Assembly (NCBI GenBank): GCA_050952625.1 | Contig: JBMNLH010000001.1 | Span: 448,001-512,000 of the forward strand | From: Bacillota bacterium | GTDB lineage: Bacteria > Bacillota > Ch66 > Ch109 | Length of the DNA stretch: 64,000 nucleotides | Direction of reading: 5' to 3' | Shown: positions 28,291 to 38,554 of the stretch, piece after piece | How the letters are laid out: each line of letters begins with the position of its first letter | How positions within the stretch are numbered: the first letter of the stretch is position 1 | The notes under the pieces: generated by a model | The model's database searches: none | What the model was told of the DNA's origin: nothing | The model's input: only the letters and a program-made list of their open reading frames with translations | Made by a program: the position numbers and the translations under genes

Positions 28291-28845
28291 ATGAAAAAAA
28301 TTATTCAAATGATAGCTGGGATAAGTCGTCAACTGGATATATTGGCCGGCATATGTCTGACGGGCGTAATGGTTTTGGTGGTTGCCAACATTTTGATGCG
28401 CTCACTTTTCAATCAGCCTATTTTAGGGACTTACGATGTGGTTGGTTTATTAACGGCCCTGGGGATTGGTTTCGCCCTGGCTAATTGTGCGATCTTAAAT
28501 GGTCACATTGCGGTGGATTTTGTCGTAGACCGTTTGCCGATTAAGCTCCAGGTACCGGTTGATATCTTGGTCGACCTAATCGGGTTCGGGTTTTGGGGTT
28601 TGGCGGCCTGGCATGTTGGGGCATATGCGAAGGTGCTGGCCACCAACGGGGTTGTCTCGGCCACGGCCCAAATCCCCCTGTATCCGATCGTTTACCTGAT
28701 TGCTTTCAGTCTAGCGGGGCTTTCCCTGGTTCTGCTGGCCAGGTTAATTAATTCACTGGCTAAGGCTGTTGCCGGGGTATCGATGGAAAAACTCGCTTGG
28801 TCAGTTGAATTATCAGATGACTCAGCAAGGAAGGCGGTCAGATGA
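28291..28845 (+). CDS. TRAP transporter small permease (DctQ family)
   Basis: Four TM segments, GHIAVD motif. Confidence 0.9.
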   Translation: MKKIIQMIAGISRQLDILAGICLTGVMVLVVANILMRSLFNQPILGTYDVVGLLTALGIGFALANCAILNGHIAVDFVVDRLPIKLQVPVDILVDLIGFGFWGLAAWHVGAYAKVLATNGVVSATAQIPLYPIVYLIAFSLAGLSLVLLARLINSLAKAVAGVSMEKLAWSVELSDDSARKAVR

Positions 28846-30146
28846 GTTCATTATTCATAGGGATTATTGGCTTGGCTGTCTTTTTCATCCTGATCATGCT
28901 GCGAATGCCGATTGCTTACGCTATGGCCTTGGTCGGTTTTGTCGGATTTAGCTTGCTGACTTCAATTTCAGTCGGTTTTAACATGGTGGCTAAGGAAATT
29001 TTCAACACTTTCTCTTCTTATTCGTTGAGTGTGATCGCGATGTTTGTTTGGATGGGATTTCTGGCCTATTACTCGGGAATTGGGGCTCGTCTCTTTAATT
29101 TGGCCTATAAATTGGTGGGTCATATTCCAGGCGGACTGGCTATCGCGACCCAGGCAGCCTGTGCTATCTTTGGGGCTGTTTGTGGCTCTAATACCGCTAC
29201 CGCCGCTACGATGGGGGCTGTTGCCCTGCCTGAGATGCAGAAATACAAATACGATACCTCTCTGGCCACCGCCAGTATTGCGGCCGGGGGAGTGTTAGGG
29301 GTTTTAATTCCGCCCAGCGTTATCTTTATCGTTTACGGTATGGCTACTGAGCAGTCAATTGGTAAACTGTTCATGGCCGGCATTATTCCTGGACTCTTAC
29401 TGATGGCTGCCTATATGCTAACCATCTATCTGCTTACCCGGCGCCGGCCGGAGTTGGGTCCTGCTGGGCCAAAATCTAGCTGGCGAGAACGATTGGCGGC
29501 CCTGAAGGGCGGGATATTAGAAGTATTGATTGTTTTTTGCCTATCAATTGGTGGTCTTTTCAAGGGCTGGTTTACGCCAACAGAAGCTGGCGCGGTCGGG
29601 GCAGCGGGCGTCTTGCTCGTCACTCTCTTAGGCAAACAACTTAACTGGGAAAAATTTAAGGGTTCGCTTTTTGATACTACCCGGACTACGGCAATGATCA
29701 TGTTAATCATTGCCGGGGCGATGATCTTTGGCCGTTTTATGGCGATCAGCCGACTACCCTTTGAACTGGCCTCTTGGACCGAGACCTTGACTTTACCGCC
29801 CTTCGCCATCATGGGCTTTATCTTGCTGATTTGTTTAGTCTTGGGCTGTTTCATTGACGTGTTAGCTCTGGTGCTATTAACGGTACCGATCTTCTACCCT
29901 ATCGTGGTTAGTAATCTCGGCTATGATCCGATCTGGTTTGGTGTCATTGTAACCCTGGTGGTTGGGATGGGGGTGATTACCCCTCCAGTGGGGATGAATG
30001 TCTATATAATTAAGGGAATAGCTCCAGATGTCCCCCTGGAAGTAATCTTTAAAGGCATTTGGCCGTTTTTAGTTGCCTTGATCGTGTGCGTGATTATCCT
30101 GATTATTTTTCCACAGCTTGCAACCTTTCTGCCCAATATTTTTTGA
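28842..30146 (+). CDS. TRAP transporter large permease (DctM family)
   Basis: GGLAIAT, LIPPS, FTPTEAG, YDPIWFG, ITPPVGMN. Confidence 0.93.
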   Translation: MSSLFIGIIGLAVFFILIMLRMPIAYAMALVGFVGFSLLTSISVGFNMVAKEIFNTFSSYSLSVIAMFVWMGFLAYYSGIGARLFNLAYKLVGHIPGGLAIATQAACAIFGAVCGSNTATAATMGAVALPEMQKYKYDTSLATASIAAGGVLGVLIPPSVIFIVYGMATEQSIGKLFMAGIIPGLLLMAAYMLTIYLLTRRRPELGPAGPKSSWRERLAALKGGILEVLIVFCLSIGGLFKGWFTPTEAGAVGAAGVLLVTLLGKQLNWEKFKGSLFDTTRTTAMIMLIIAGAMIFGRFMAISRLPFELASWTETLTLPPFAIMGFILLICLVLGCFIDVLALVLLTVPIFYPIVVSNLGYDPIWFGVIVTLVVGMGVITPPVGMNVYIIKGIAPDVPLEVIFKGIWPFLVALIVCVIILIIFPQLATFLPNIF

Positions 30147-30206
30147 ATATAAGCAATTAATGCTTGGGATGGTATTAAAGTTAGGGTCATTTCAAGTATG
30201 CTTTTA

Positions 30207-30240
30207 AAGCTGCCGGTTCGAGACCGGCAGCTTTATTTTT
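30207..30240 (+). terminator. Intrinsic terminator
   Basis: AAAGCTGCCGGT-TCGAG-ACCGGCAGCTTT followed by a T run. Confidence 0.85.
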
Positions 30241-30324
30241 AGGCTTGTCGGTTCTTAACGCACCAACGAAATGCCAATAGCATACCATATTATGTAGTAA
30301 TTTCCTGTACAAGGGGGCGCAGCG

Positions 30325-30513
30325 ATGGACCAAATCTTAACACAATTAGCGGTTCTTCATTCAGAAGTGAAGTGGTTAAAGGATCAGGAAGTAAGACTAT
30401 CAAACCGAATTGATGAAGTCAATAAAAAAGTAGACTGTTTGAAGACCTGGATAATGGGGGTGATGGCTGGAGTTATAATTTCAATCTTAACCCAAGTTAC
30501 AAATTTTCAATAA
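30325..30513 (+). CDS. Small coiled-coil/TM protein (XhlA-like)
   Basis: Coiled-coil N-terminus, then TWIMGVMAGVIISIL TM segment; AGGGGG RBS. Confidence 0.65.
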   Translation: MDQILTQLAVLHSEVKWLKDQEVRLSNRIDEVNKKVDCLKTWIMGVMAGVIISILTQVTNFQ

Positions 30514-30774
30514 TACTATCATTAATTAAAACTAAGACGTTATGCCCTTATTGGTGGTCTGGCAGATCTCCGAAGGGCATTTTTATTAAGATAAATTAAT
30601 ACTAAGTTTTTAGGTATGATTGAAAACAAAAAAGAGTATAGTATATTTTAAAAGATTACCTTTAAGATATTTAAGGTAAAATATTAAAAATATTAAAAAA
30701 CAATTTGAAAAAAGAAGGCCCCTGACGGGGCCTAGGTAAAACAACATGAACAAAGGCCTAGAAAACCTTCCGGG

Positions 30775-30999
30775 CTAAAATCGGGGAAAGCGTCTTCTTC
30801 GCCTGCGGAAGAACCGCCTTCTGAAAAAGAAGGGTGGGAAAAAGAAAATCGGTCTACCAAAAAAGGGTGGAAAGAAAAATGGGTTACCATCCGGATTACC
30901 ATTCGGATTTGAATCCGGATCTGAGTAATAGTCATCATCATAGTCATCATCATAGTCACACGGAGGGTATGTCGGATACATTCGATGACGTGGGCTCAT
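30775..30999 (-). CDS. Low-complexity Asp/Pro/Phe/Arg-rich small protein (spore-coat-like)
   Basis: GGGAGG RBS before ATG 30999; YDDD repeats, PFFFPPFF, poly-Arg tail; terminator at 30717-30733. Confidence 0.65.
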   Translation of the reverse strand: MSPRHRMYPTYPPCDYDDDYDDDYYSDPDSNPNGNPDGNPFFFPPFFGRPIFFFPPFFFRRRFFRRRRRRFPRF

Positions 31000-31203
31000 G
31001 GTAAAAACCTCCCTAATTAATTGATAATACATATTATGTACGTTAATTGGCATTGGTTCCACAATAAGGTAATAGGTTTGAGCTTTTTAAGAGAATTATT
31101 GTATGATTATATTGTTATCGATGCTTGTGCCCTGCAGGCATGAGCATTTACAATAAAGAGGGTAAAAAAGAAGAAGAATAAAAAATAAAGAAGGTTAAAA
31201 ACA

Positions 31204-31386
31204 ATGAATAAAAAAAATTACTATGCTGGCGTGGGAATTGCCATTGGGACAGCTGTGGCTGGTGCTATATTGATGCCTATCTATGTCCAAACCGGAAACG
31301 CTGTCTTTATCGCCTTTATCGGAGTCGGTACCATTGTGGGTTTGATAATCGGGTCCGGAATGGATAGGCAGAACAACGATAAATAA
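31204..31386 (+). CDS. Small Gly-zipper membrane protein
   Basis: Two hydrophobic helices with GxxxG repeats. Confidence 0.65.
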   Translation: MNKKNYYAGVGIAIGTAVAGAILMPIYVQTGNAVFIAFIGVGTIVGLIIGSGMDRQNNDK

Positions 31387-31424
31387 CGAATTGTCAAAAA
31401 CTCAGTTAGATTGAAGGTGCAAGC

Positions 31425-31826
31425 ATGAACTTACATAAACTTACAGTCAAAACCAGCCGGCGAACTGAAATGATCGACCTTACTTCCGAGATAGAGGCAG
31501 TTGTTGCCCAAAGCGGAGTAGAGGAGGGCCTTTGTTGTGTTTACGTACCTCACACGACTGCCGGTGTTACGATCAATGAAAACGCGGATCCTACAGTTTG
31601 CAGGGATATTGAAACAGTGCTAGAGACCCTTATACCTTGGAATGGTCCCTACACTCACTCCGAAGGCAATTCTGCAGCCCACCTCAAGTCTTCACTAATG
31701 GGCTGCTCTCAGACTTTGATTATCGAAAAGGGGCGATTAGCCTTGGGGACTTGGCAGGGAGTTTATCTGGCCGAGTTCGATGGTCCCCGGCAACGACAGG
31801 TCTGGGTAAAGATCTTAGAGGGCTAG
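31425..31826 (+). CDS. yjbQ: YjbQ/UPF0047-family protein
   Basis: PHTTAGVTINENADP, HSEGNSAAHLKS, LGTWQG.Y.AEFDGPR. Confidence 0.92.
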   Translation: MNLHKLTVKTSRRTEMIDLTSEIEAVVAQSGVEEGLCCVYVPHTTAGVTINENADPTVCRDIETVLETLIPWNGPYTHSEGNSAAHLKSSLMGCSQTLIIEKGRLALGTWQGVYLAEFDGPRQRQVWVKILEG

Positions 31827-31983
31827 CGGTTGTTCGCTGGTCATTCCCGGCTATGATGTGCCACAATAATATCCACACGGAAGACGGTGTCAGAATCAAT
31901 GATGGAGAAGAATAAGGTCTAACATACGCGGTACTCCACACCTCATCAAATGATTTCCGCCCCTTTCAGTCAAACAGTCAAGT

Positions 31984-32151
31984 TCACTTGAAAAATTTAC
32001 CTAACATTTTGCCAGTTGCCTTCCCTGCAGCTCGCCTGGCTATGCGTTTGCCAACTGTCCCCTTCTTGATCGCAGAAACGTCTCCCAGAAGCTTAGCAAG
32101 TCCATAGAGCACGCTTCTGGCCTGGGAGATAGAATCTTTTTTTCTAGCCAC
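31984..32151 (-). CDS. 55-aa basic small protein; not in the ORF track
   Basis: GAAAGG RBS, GTG start; MARKKDSISQARSVLYGLAKLLGDVSAIKKGTVGKRIARRAAGKATGKMLGKFFK*. Confidence 0.7.
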   Translation of the reverse strand: MARKKDSISQARSVLYGLAKLLGDVSAIKKGTVGKRIARRAAGKATGKMLGKFFK

Positions 32152-32240
32152 AATAACACGACCTTTCTAATTTTTTATTATTTCTTTTATTATCTAGCAA
32201 ATTTTAGAAGAAGTCTAGTAATAAACACAGGAGGTTAAAG

Positions 32241-32801
32241 TTGGATTGCATACTCACATATTCTAAAATTAGATTTTATCCTACAAAACCAGTGATAACC
32301 GATATTAATATAGCTGACATAGCTCATGCCTTGTCACTTATGACCAGAGCAAATGGCCACTTTGAACATTTTTACTCAGTTGCCCAGCATTCTATTAATT
32401 GCTACAAGGAAGTAAAAAGCCGTGGGTATTCTACAAGAGTTCAACTGGGTTGCCTTTTGCACGATGCAAGTGAAAGCTATATATCCGATATCACTAGACC
32501 GGTTAAAAAGTTTTTGCCAGAGTATTTTATTATTGAAGAAAGGTTACAAAAAACTATCTATCAAAGGTTTGGGATTGGCGATTTGTCTGATGAAGAGCGA
32601 AAACAGATAAATGAGATTGATGATGTATTGCTTTACTTTGAGTTTAAAGCACTAATGCTAGTCGAGATATGTGATATAGCCCCAAACAAAACAATGGAGC
32701 ATGATTTTTCTCAAAGGGATTTCAAAAGTATTGAACAAGAATTTATTAATATTTTTAATGAACTAATCGGTAATTCTGGTCAATTAAAAAGGGCGCGATA
32801 A
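32241..32801 (+). CDS. HD-domain phosphohydrolase (YfdR/5'-deoxynucleotidase-like)
   Basis: DIAHALS..RANGH..FYSVAQHS, LLHDASESY..DI.RP.K; AGGAGG RBS, TTG start. Confidence 0.88.
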   Translation: MDCILTYSKIRFYPTKPVITDINIADIAHALSLMTRANGHFEHFYSVAQHSINCYKEVKSRGYSTRVQLGCLLHDASESYISDITRPVKKFLPEYFIIEERLQKTIYQRFGIGDLSDEERKQINEIDDVLLYFEFKALMLVEICDIAPNKTMEHDFSQRDFKSIEQEFINIFNELIGNSGQLKRAR

Positions 32802-33092
32802 TAGAATACCCGGCAGTCTAATTACACGGAATTAAACGTCAATATATCTTAGGGGGTAATCTCTTAATCCCTTTTGTAAGATTTTGGGCGAGAGGAAGCC
32901 CTAAATCAGGCAAGAAATATGTCAACTCTTAAAGGAATTTACTGGACTATGTTGAATATAGTCAATTAGATATTAGTTGTTCAATGATGATCGTGTACCT
33001 TAATTGAAAAAAATGGTATTAAACAGAGCGCGTTTACGTTAATTAGCAAGGGATTTATTGATTTGTAGCTTTGGGCTGAGGAGCGTGAATTA

Positions 33093-34874
33093 ATGTTAAA
33101 GCTAAAAGTAGGGATAATTGGGGCCGGACAGGGGGGAACCGCCATCCTGGATGCCCTGTCCACTCAAGAAGAGGTAGAGGTAATCGGTATTTGCGATATC
33201 AATTCAGTTGCTCCCGGTTTAACCTTAGCTAAGAAATTAAAGGTACCTGTTTTAACTGATTATCGCGAACTCCTGCAACAGTCCAACCTGGACCTGGTCT
33301 TTGAGGTAACTGGGACTGAGACGGTCCGGGAAGCAGTGCATGCGGAATGCCCGGCTGGAGTTAATATAGTAGACGCTCAGGTTGCCAAACTCACCATGGA
33401 TTTAATTGAAGATCTTCTGGAAGCAAACCGGAGACTGAAAGAATTAGATCAGATGAAATCGGACTTTCTTTCGACAGTATCTCATGAATTAAGAACCCCT
33501 CTGACCTCAGTTCTTGGCTTTGCGAAAATTATCAAAAAGAGGTTTGATGAGGTTATCATTCCGCAAGTAAAAGTTGATAATAAAAAGATAGAAAGAGCAA
33601 TTCAGCAAATAAAAGACAACATTAGTATCATCGTTTCCGAAGGTGAGAGACTGACGGCGTTGATAAACGACGTCCTAGACATAGCCAAGATGGAGGCCGG
33701 AAAGATCGACTGGAAGATGGAACCAGTTTCAGTGGCGGATGTCCTGGAAACGGCAATACTAGCCACTACCTCCCTTTTTGAGCCTAAGGAGCTCATATTG
33801 ATCCGGGAGATTGAGGAGGATTTGCCGCCAATAAACGGGGATCGGGATAGGCTGATTCGAGTGGCCATTAATCTCATTTCAAACGCGATAAAATTTACTA
33901 GTACGGGCTCAGTAACCTGTAGAGCTAAACGCTTCGAAGATACCATAACCGTCAGTGTGATAGACACCGGTATTGGGATCGGCAAAGGAGATCTTACCAA
34001 TGTATTTGAGAAGTTCCGACAGGTGGGAGATACCCTTACGGATAAGCCTAAAGGGACCGGTCTTGGACTGGCGATATGCAGGCAGATAGTCGAATATCAC
34101 GGTGGTCAGATCTGGGTGGAAAGTGAACCCGGTAAAGGGAGCAACTTTTCTTTTACCCTGCCCATTGGCCAGGAAACCGGGAAAAAAGTACGGACATTTA
34201 ACGTAGATAACCTGGTCAAACATTTGCGGGATCATGTAACAACAGTAACCCCGGGCCTGGCGGAAGGCCAACGGAGCATCCTGGTCGTAGACGATGACAT
34301 TAATATAAGGGCACTGCTTCGGCAGGAGCTTGAAGCAGTAGGTTATCAAGTAAGAGAGGCCAAAGACGGGGTGGAGGCTATCGTTCAGGTCAAGAAAGAA
34401 AAGCCCGATCTGATCGTTCTGGATGTCATGATGCCTAAAATGAATGGATTTGATGTTGCCGCGGTTTTGAAAAATGACCCGGATACAGTGAATATACCAA
34501 TTGTCATCCTTTCCATTATTGAAGATCAGGGGAGAGGTTACCGGGTTGGCGTTGACCTGTACTTTACCAAGCCGATTAATACCGAAGAATTGCTCAAGGC
34601 GATTGGATTGCTAATATCTCAGGGTGGTTCGAAAAAAAAGGTGCTGGTGGTTGATGAAGATGAGTCCACGGTCAAGACCCTTTCGGAGGTGTTGGAGACC
34701 AAGGGGTATGTGGTGGTTGAGGCCTATAACGGCGAAGACTGTATCAAAAAGGCAGAATCCGAAAAACCAGATATGATCATTGCTAATACTTTGTTTACAG
34801 AACGGCATGATATCGTAACCACTCTGCGATTTGAGAAAGGGCTGGAAAATATACTTTTCTTTTTACTGAGTTAG
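33093..34874 (+). CDS. Hybrid histidine kinase: Rossmann-like N-terminal domain + HisKA/HATPase + REC + degenerate REC
   Basis: [11 protein letters not shown]-terminus; VSHELRTPL; [10 protein letters not shown]; GTGLGLAI; LDVMMP; the last REC reads PDMIIAN. Confidence 0.9.
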   Translation: MLKLKVGIIGAGQGGTAILDALSTQEEVEVIGICDINSVAPGLTLAKKLKVPVLTDYRELLQQSNLDLVFEVTGTETVREAVHAECPAGVNIVDAQVAKLTMDLIEDLLEANRRLKELDQMKSDFLSTVSHELRTPLTSVLGFAKIIKKRFDEVIIPQVKVDNKKIERAIQQIKDNISIIVSEGERLTALINDVLDIAKMEAGKIDWKMEPVSVADVLETAILATTSLFEPKELILIREIEEDLPPINGDRDRLIRVAINLISNAIKFTSTGSVTCRAKRFEDTITVSVIDTGIGIGKGDLTNVFEKFRQVGDTLTDKPKGTGLGLAICRQIVEYHGGQIWVESEPGKGSNFSFTLPIGQETGKKVRTFNVDNLVKHLRDHVTTVTPGLAEGQRSILVVDDDINIRALLRQELEAVGYQVREAKDGVEAIVQVKKEKPDLIVLDVMMPKMNGFDVAAVLKNDPDTVNIPIVILSIIEDQGRGYRVGVDLYFTKPINTEELLKAIGLLISQGGSKKKVLVVDEDESTVKTLSEVLETKGYVVVEAYNGEDCIKKAESEKPDMIIANTLFTERHDIVTTLRFEKGLENILFFLLS

Positions 34875-34953
34875 TAAATTTTCTACAATTAAGAAAGAAA
34901 GCGGTCGACGCGATAACCAGCGGAACGTTCTGAAGCAGAAAAAAGGATTAAAT

Positions 34954-36295
34954 ATGATTCGAATTAAATTGAAGCGCTTGCTCGCCAAAAAAGAGGTAGC
35001 ATCGATTATCCAAGATATTATTAATTTTTTAACGTTGCCTTTATTAGTGCAAGATTCAGAGGGCCAGGTACTTATAGGCGATACCAGCGAACAGCTTCCT
35101 TATCGGTACCCAGTAGATTATGAAGGAATGGTTATTGGCTGGGTAAGCGGGGAGCAAAAGGCTTCGGTCATTGCCGCCTTGCTTTCCTATCTAGCCCAGA
35201 TAGAATTTGAAAAGAAGACTCTAGGCCGGGAAACTTTGGAAAAATATAAAGAAATAACCCTGCTGTACAACATTACCGAAAAGTTATCCGCCAGCCTTGA
35301 TCCCAAAGAGGTTGCCCAGTTAGTCGTGGATGAGGCCCCAGAGGCTCATTAAGGCCGACAACCTGTCCGTGATGTTGAAAAATGAAGATACCGACATGTT
35401 TGAGGTGATCTTCGGATCAGGGAAAAAGTCTTGGCCCAAGAGGGGGTTTAAGGTGGGAGAGGGGATTGCAGGTAATGTAGTACTGACTGGAAAAGCGGAG
35501 ATCGTCAACCATGTTCAGGCTGATCCGAGATATGAAGATAGCGCCAACAAGATTAGTTCCTTGATGTGCGCTCCCCTAAAGATAAAAGATAAGGTTATTG
35601 GTGTTATTAACATCAGTAGCGAAGAACCGGTTCGTTATACTGCTGAAGAGCTAAAGATTTTAAGTGCTCTGGCTTTTCAAGCCGCTGCGGCTATTGAAAA
35701 TGCAAGACTATATGATCAATTAAAAGATACCTTTTTGAACACGGTTAATACCCTGGCAGAGACAATTGAAAAAAGAGATCCTTACACTGGGGGGCATACC
35801 CGAAGAGTAATGGATTATAGTGTAAGCATTGCTAAAACGTTAAAACTGTCCGATCGGCAAATTGAAAATATTAGATTAGCGGCAATCCTGCACGATATTG
35901 GAAAGATCGGGGTTAGAGACAGTATTTTGCTTAAGAATGAAAAACTGTCGACAGAAGAATCTAATACGATTAAAATGCATCCAATCTACGCCGAAGAAAT
36001 ACTGAGCCCAATTAAGAATTTAAAGGATATTATTCCCGGAATTAAATACCACCACGAGCGCTTCGATGGCCAGGGTTATCCTGAGAGGTTAAAAGGGGAT
36101 GAAATTGATATAATGGCCAGGATAATCGCAGTAGCGGATGCCTTTGATGCCATGACCTCGGATCGTCCTTATCGAAAAGGTTTGAGCACGGATGTAGCTA
36201 TGGAAGAACTGAAGAAGAATTTAGGCACCCAGTTTGATCCCGAGGTGGTAAGGGCGTTTATTAAGGTTTATGAGGCCAATAAACAGTCTAAATAG
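34954..36295 (+). CDS. GAF + HD-GYP phosphodiesterase, split by a +1 C at 35336-35339 (probable sequencing error)
   Basis: Removing one C gives ...DEAQRLIKAD...; GAF (LMCAPL, GVINI); RDPYTGGH, LHDIGKIG, HHERFDGQGYP. Confidence 0.88.
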
Positions 36296-36309
36296 GGGGT
36301 ATAATTCCA

Positions 36310-36687
36310 ATGCCTAAAATATTAATTGCCGATGATGAACCCTATATTCGAATTCTCTTAGAGCAGACTCTGGAGGAGCTAGAAGATGAGGGAGTAGAAT
36401 TAATCTTCGCGGATAATGGAGAGGATGCCCTAGCCTGTATTCAGGAGGACCGGCCGGAGCTGGTTTTTCTCGACGTAATGATGCCCAAGATGAATGGGTT
36501 TGAAGTGTGTAAAGCGGTTAAGAATGAGCCGGGAATGCAAGACGTTTATATTATTATGCTGACCGCGAAGGGGCAGGAATTCGATAAAAAGAGGGGTTTA
36601 GAAGTTAACGCAGATATTTATATGACCAAGCCGTTTAATCCAGATGAAGTAATTGAAAAGGCCCGAGATGTTATAGGCATCTACTAA
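36310..36687 (+). CDS. Single-domain response regulator
   Basis: ILIADD, FLDVMMP, IIMLTAK, YMTKPF. Confidence 0.92.
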   Translation: MPKILIADDEPYIRILLEQTLEELEDEGVELIFADNGEDALACIQEDRPELVFLDVMMPKMNGFEVCKAVKNEPGMQDVYIIMLTAKGQEFDKKRGLEVNADIYMTKPFNPDEVIEKARDVIGIY

Positions 36688-36721
36688 CTTAAATTTGGGC
36701 AAATGGGCGGCAAATAAGAAA

Positions 36722-36749
36722 AAGGGCGACATTTTCTTGTCGCCCTTTA
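36722..36749 (+). terminator. Intrinsic terminator-like hairpin
   Basis: AAGGGCGACA..TGTCGCCCTT. Confidence 0.65.
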
Positions 36750-36949
36750 AACATGGTCTTTATTAAAACATTTTGAAATACCAGCAAATCGTCTGCTTTA
36801 AATATTTTTAGCATCGAAGCTTGCTGGTTTTTTATTTCCCAAAATCCGTAGTCAGCCTTTTTCCCTTAATTCTGCATTTCAAATAAAGGATAAAAATAAT
36901 TTTAGCAGGAAAATTGTTGCATTCGGTCGAAATATATTTTTTTGTATAT

Positions 36950-38446
36950 AAGCCTTTTGCATATTCAAAAATCCTTGATTTTATTGGTTTTTTGGAAGGC
37001 AAAAAAAGGACTTCACCCCTGTTTTAGAGAAATTTCAAGTGACCAAACTAGAAATCCTAAAAGAGGTGAAGTCACTGGTATATTCTCCAACAAATGCTTT
37101 TTTCCTTCGAGGAGTTAATAGAAATGGAGTCAAAAGATAAACTACCGATATTTTTTGCCTCCCTTGATTTAGAACCTATTGTAATTAAATTGAGAAGTCA
37201 GATTCCCCAAGGGGCAATCGGTTATTCAAGAGAAGGAATCCTTCGGGCCATATTGGCCGCCCCCCTTGAAGGAATTGCCACATTTACTGGTTTGGTAAAC
37301 CGGCTTAAATCGGATATTCGGTTTCGTTATCAGTGTGGTCTTGGAATTGGTAAAGTTCCATCTATATCTACTTTTAGCCGGGTATTCAAAAAGATTGTAA
37401 AAGCTAATCTAGCAGAAGAACTATTCACCTCGCTGGTACAAGAATGTCTGCGACAAGGAGTTATTGATGGAAAGGTTATTGCCATTGACAGTACAGCTAT
37501 CGAAGCCTATGAAAAGAAACAACCGAGGAGCCGTAGCAAAGAAACTGGTAACGCTGACTGGGGTGTGAAAAAAGATTCCTTCAATAATAAAGTTACCTGG
37601 TTTGGCTACAAACTCCATATAGCTGTTGATGCCACTAGTGAGTTACCCTTAGCTTTTGAGGTAACACCAGCTAATATTAATGATGGAGATATTGGACCAG
37701 TATTGATCGAAAAAGTTACTTCAATCATGCCTCAGAGCCAGTGGCCTAAATATTATTCGATGGATTCTGGTTACGACCAACATAAAAACTACGAGGCAGC
37801 CCGAAAAGCTAGAGCTCAAGCGATTATTCCCTTAAACCCTCGGAATGAGAAGGAGCCACCGGCTGGTATGACGGCCAATGGGACTCCTGTTTGTTCGATG
37901 AATTACCCGATGGTTTATTGGGGAGCTGATAAAGAAATAATCAAATTTCGTTGTCCTCATGTCTTAGGGAAAGTGAATTGCCCCTTCGGTTCTGCCTGGT
38001 GTTCAGATTCCAACTACGGCATGGTCGAAAAGATAAATATAACTGATGATCTACGCAGATATTCGCTTCCCCATAGGGATACGCGAAAATGGAAAGAACT
38101 TTACAATCGGCGAACCGCAGTAGAAAGGGTAAACTCTCGTTTAAAAGACTACTTAACGGCTGATCAAATACATGTTTGTGGTATTCAAAAAGCCAAAACT
38201 TACATAACGCTAAATCTAATTATTCTGCTAGCCGGGGCTTTGGCTAGTAGGACGTCAACTCAAAGGGCTGCTTAACCTACTTGTTAGCAATAGGTAGACT
38301 AAAGGTTTAAAATTCTGTTTTTGTGCCCTGATGGAGTTTAAAATATCTGCTAAAAGATATTAACTATAAATCGTGGCGAAGAATGCCTTGATTACTTAGG
38401 ATTCTTTTATTTCTCTTGCTGAAAACTTTAATTTTGCAAAAGGCTC
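36950..38446 (+). mobile_element. IS1182/IS5-like insertion sequence with terminal inverted repeats and a 4-bp ATAT target duplication
   Basis: Left AGCCTTTTGCATATT vs right (rc) AGCCTTTTGCAAAATT; ATAT at 36946-36949 and 38447-38450. Confidence 0.85.
37094..38275 (+). CDS. DDE transposase (IS1182/IS5-like)
   Basis: PSISTFSR, IAIDST, FGYKLH, MDSGYD, YNRRTAVERVNSRLK. Confidence 0.9.
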   Translation: MLFSFEELIEMESKDKLPIFFASLDLEPIVIKLRSQIPQGAIGYSREGILRAILAAPLEGIATFTGLVNRLKSDIRFRYQCGLGIGKVPSISTFSRVFKKIVKANLAEELFTSLVQECLRQGVIDGKVIAIDSTAIEAYEKKQPRSRSKETGNADWGVKKDSFNNKVTWFGYKLHIAVDATSELPLAFEVTPANINDGDIGPVLIEKVTSIMPQSQWPKYYSMDSGYDQHKNYEAARKARAQAIIPLNPRNEKEPPAGMTANGTPVCSMNYPMVYWGADKEIIKFRCPHVLGKVNCPFGSAWCSDSNYGMVEKINITDDLRRYSLPHRDTRKWKELYNRRTAVERVNSRLKDYLTADQIHVCGIQKAKTYITLNLIILLAGALASRTSTQRAA

Positions 38447-38554
38447 ATATAATAGATTAAACATTTTACAACATAATGGATTGGGTTGAAATAACAAAAA
38501 GAGTTGATTTATTGCAATTTCATCCAGGTGCATAGCTATCAGGGGGTAGGAATA

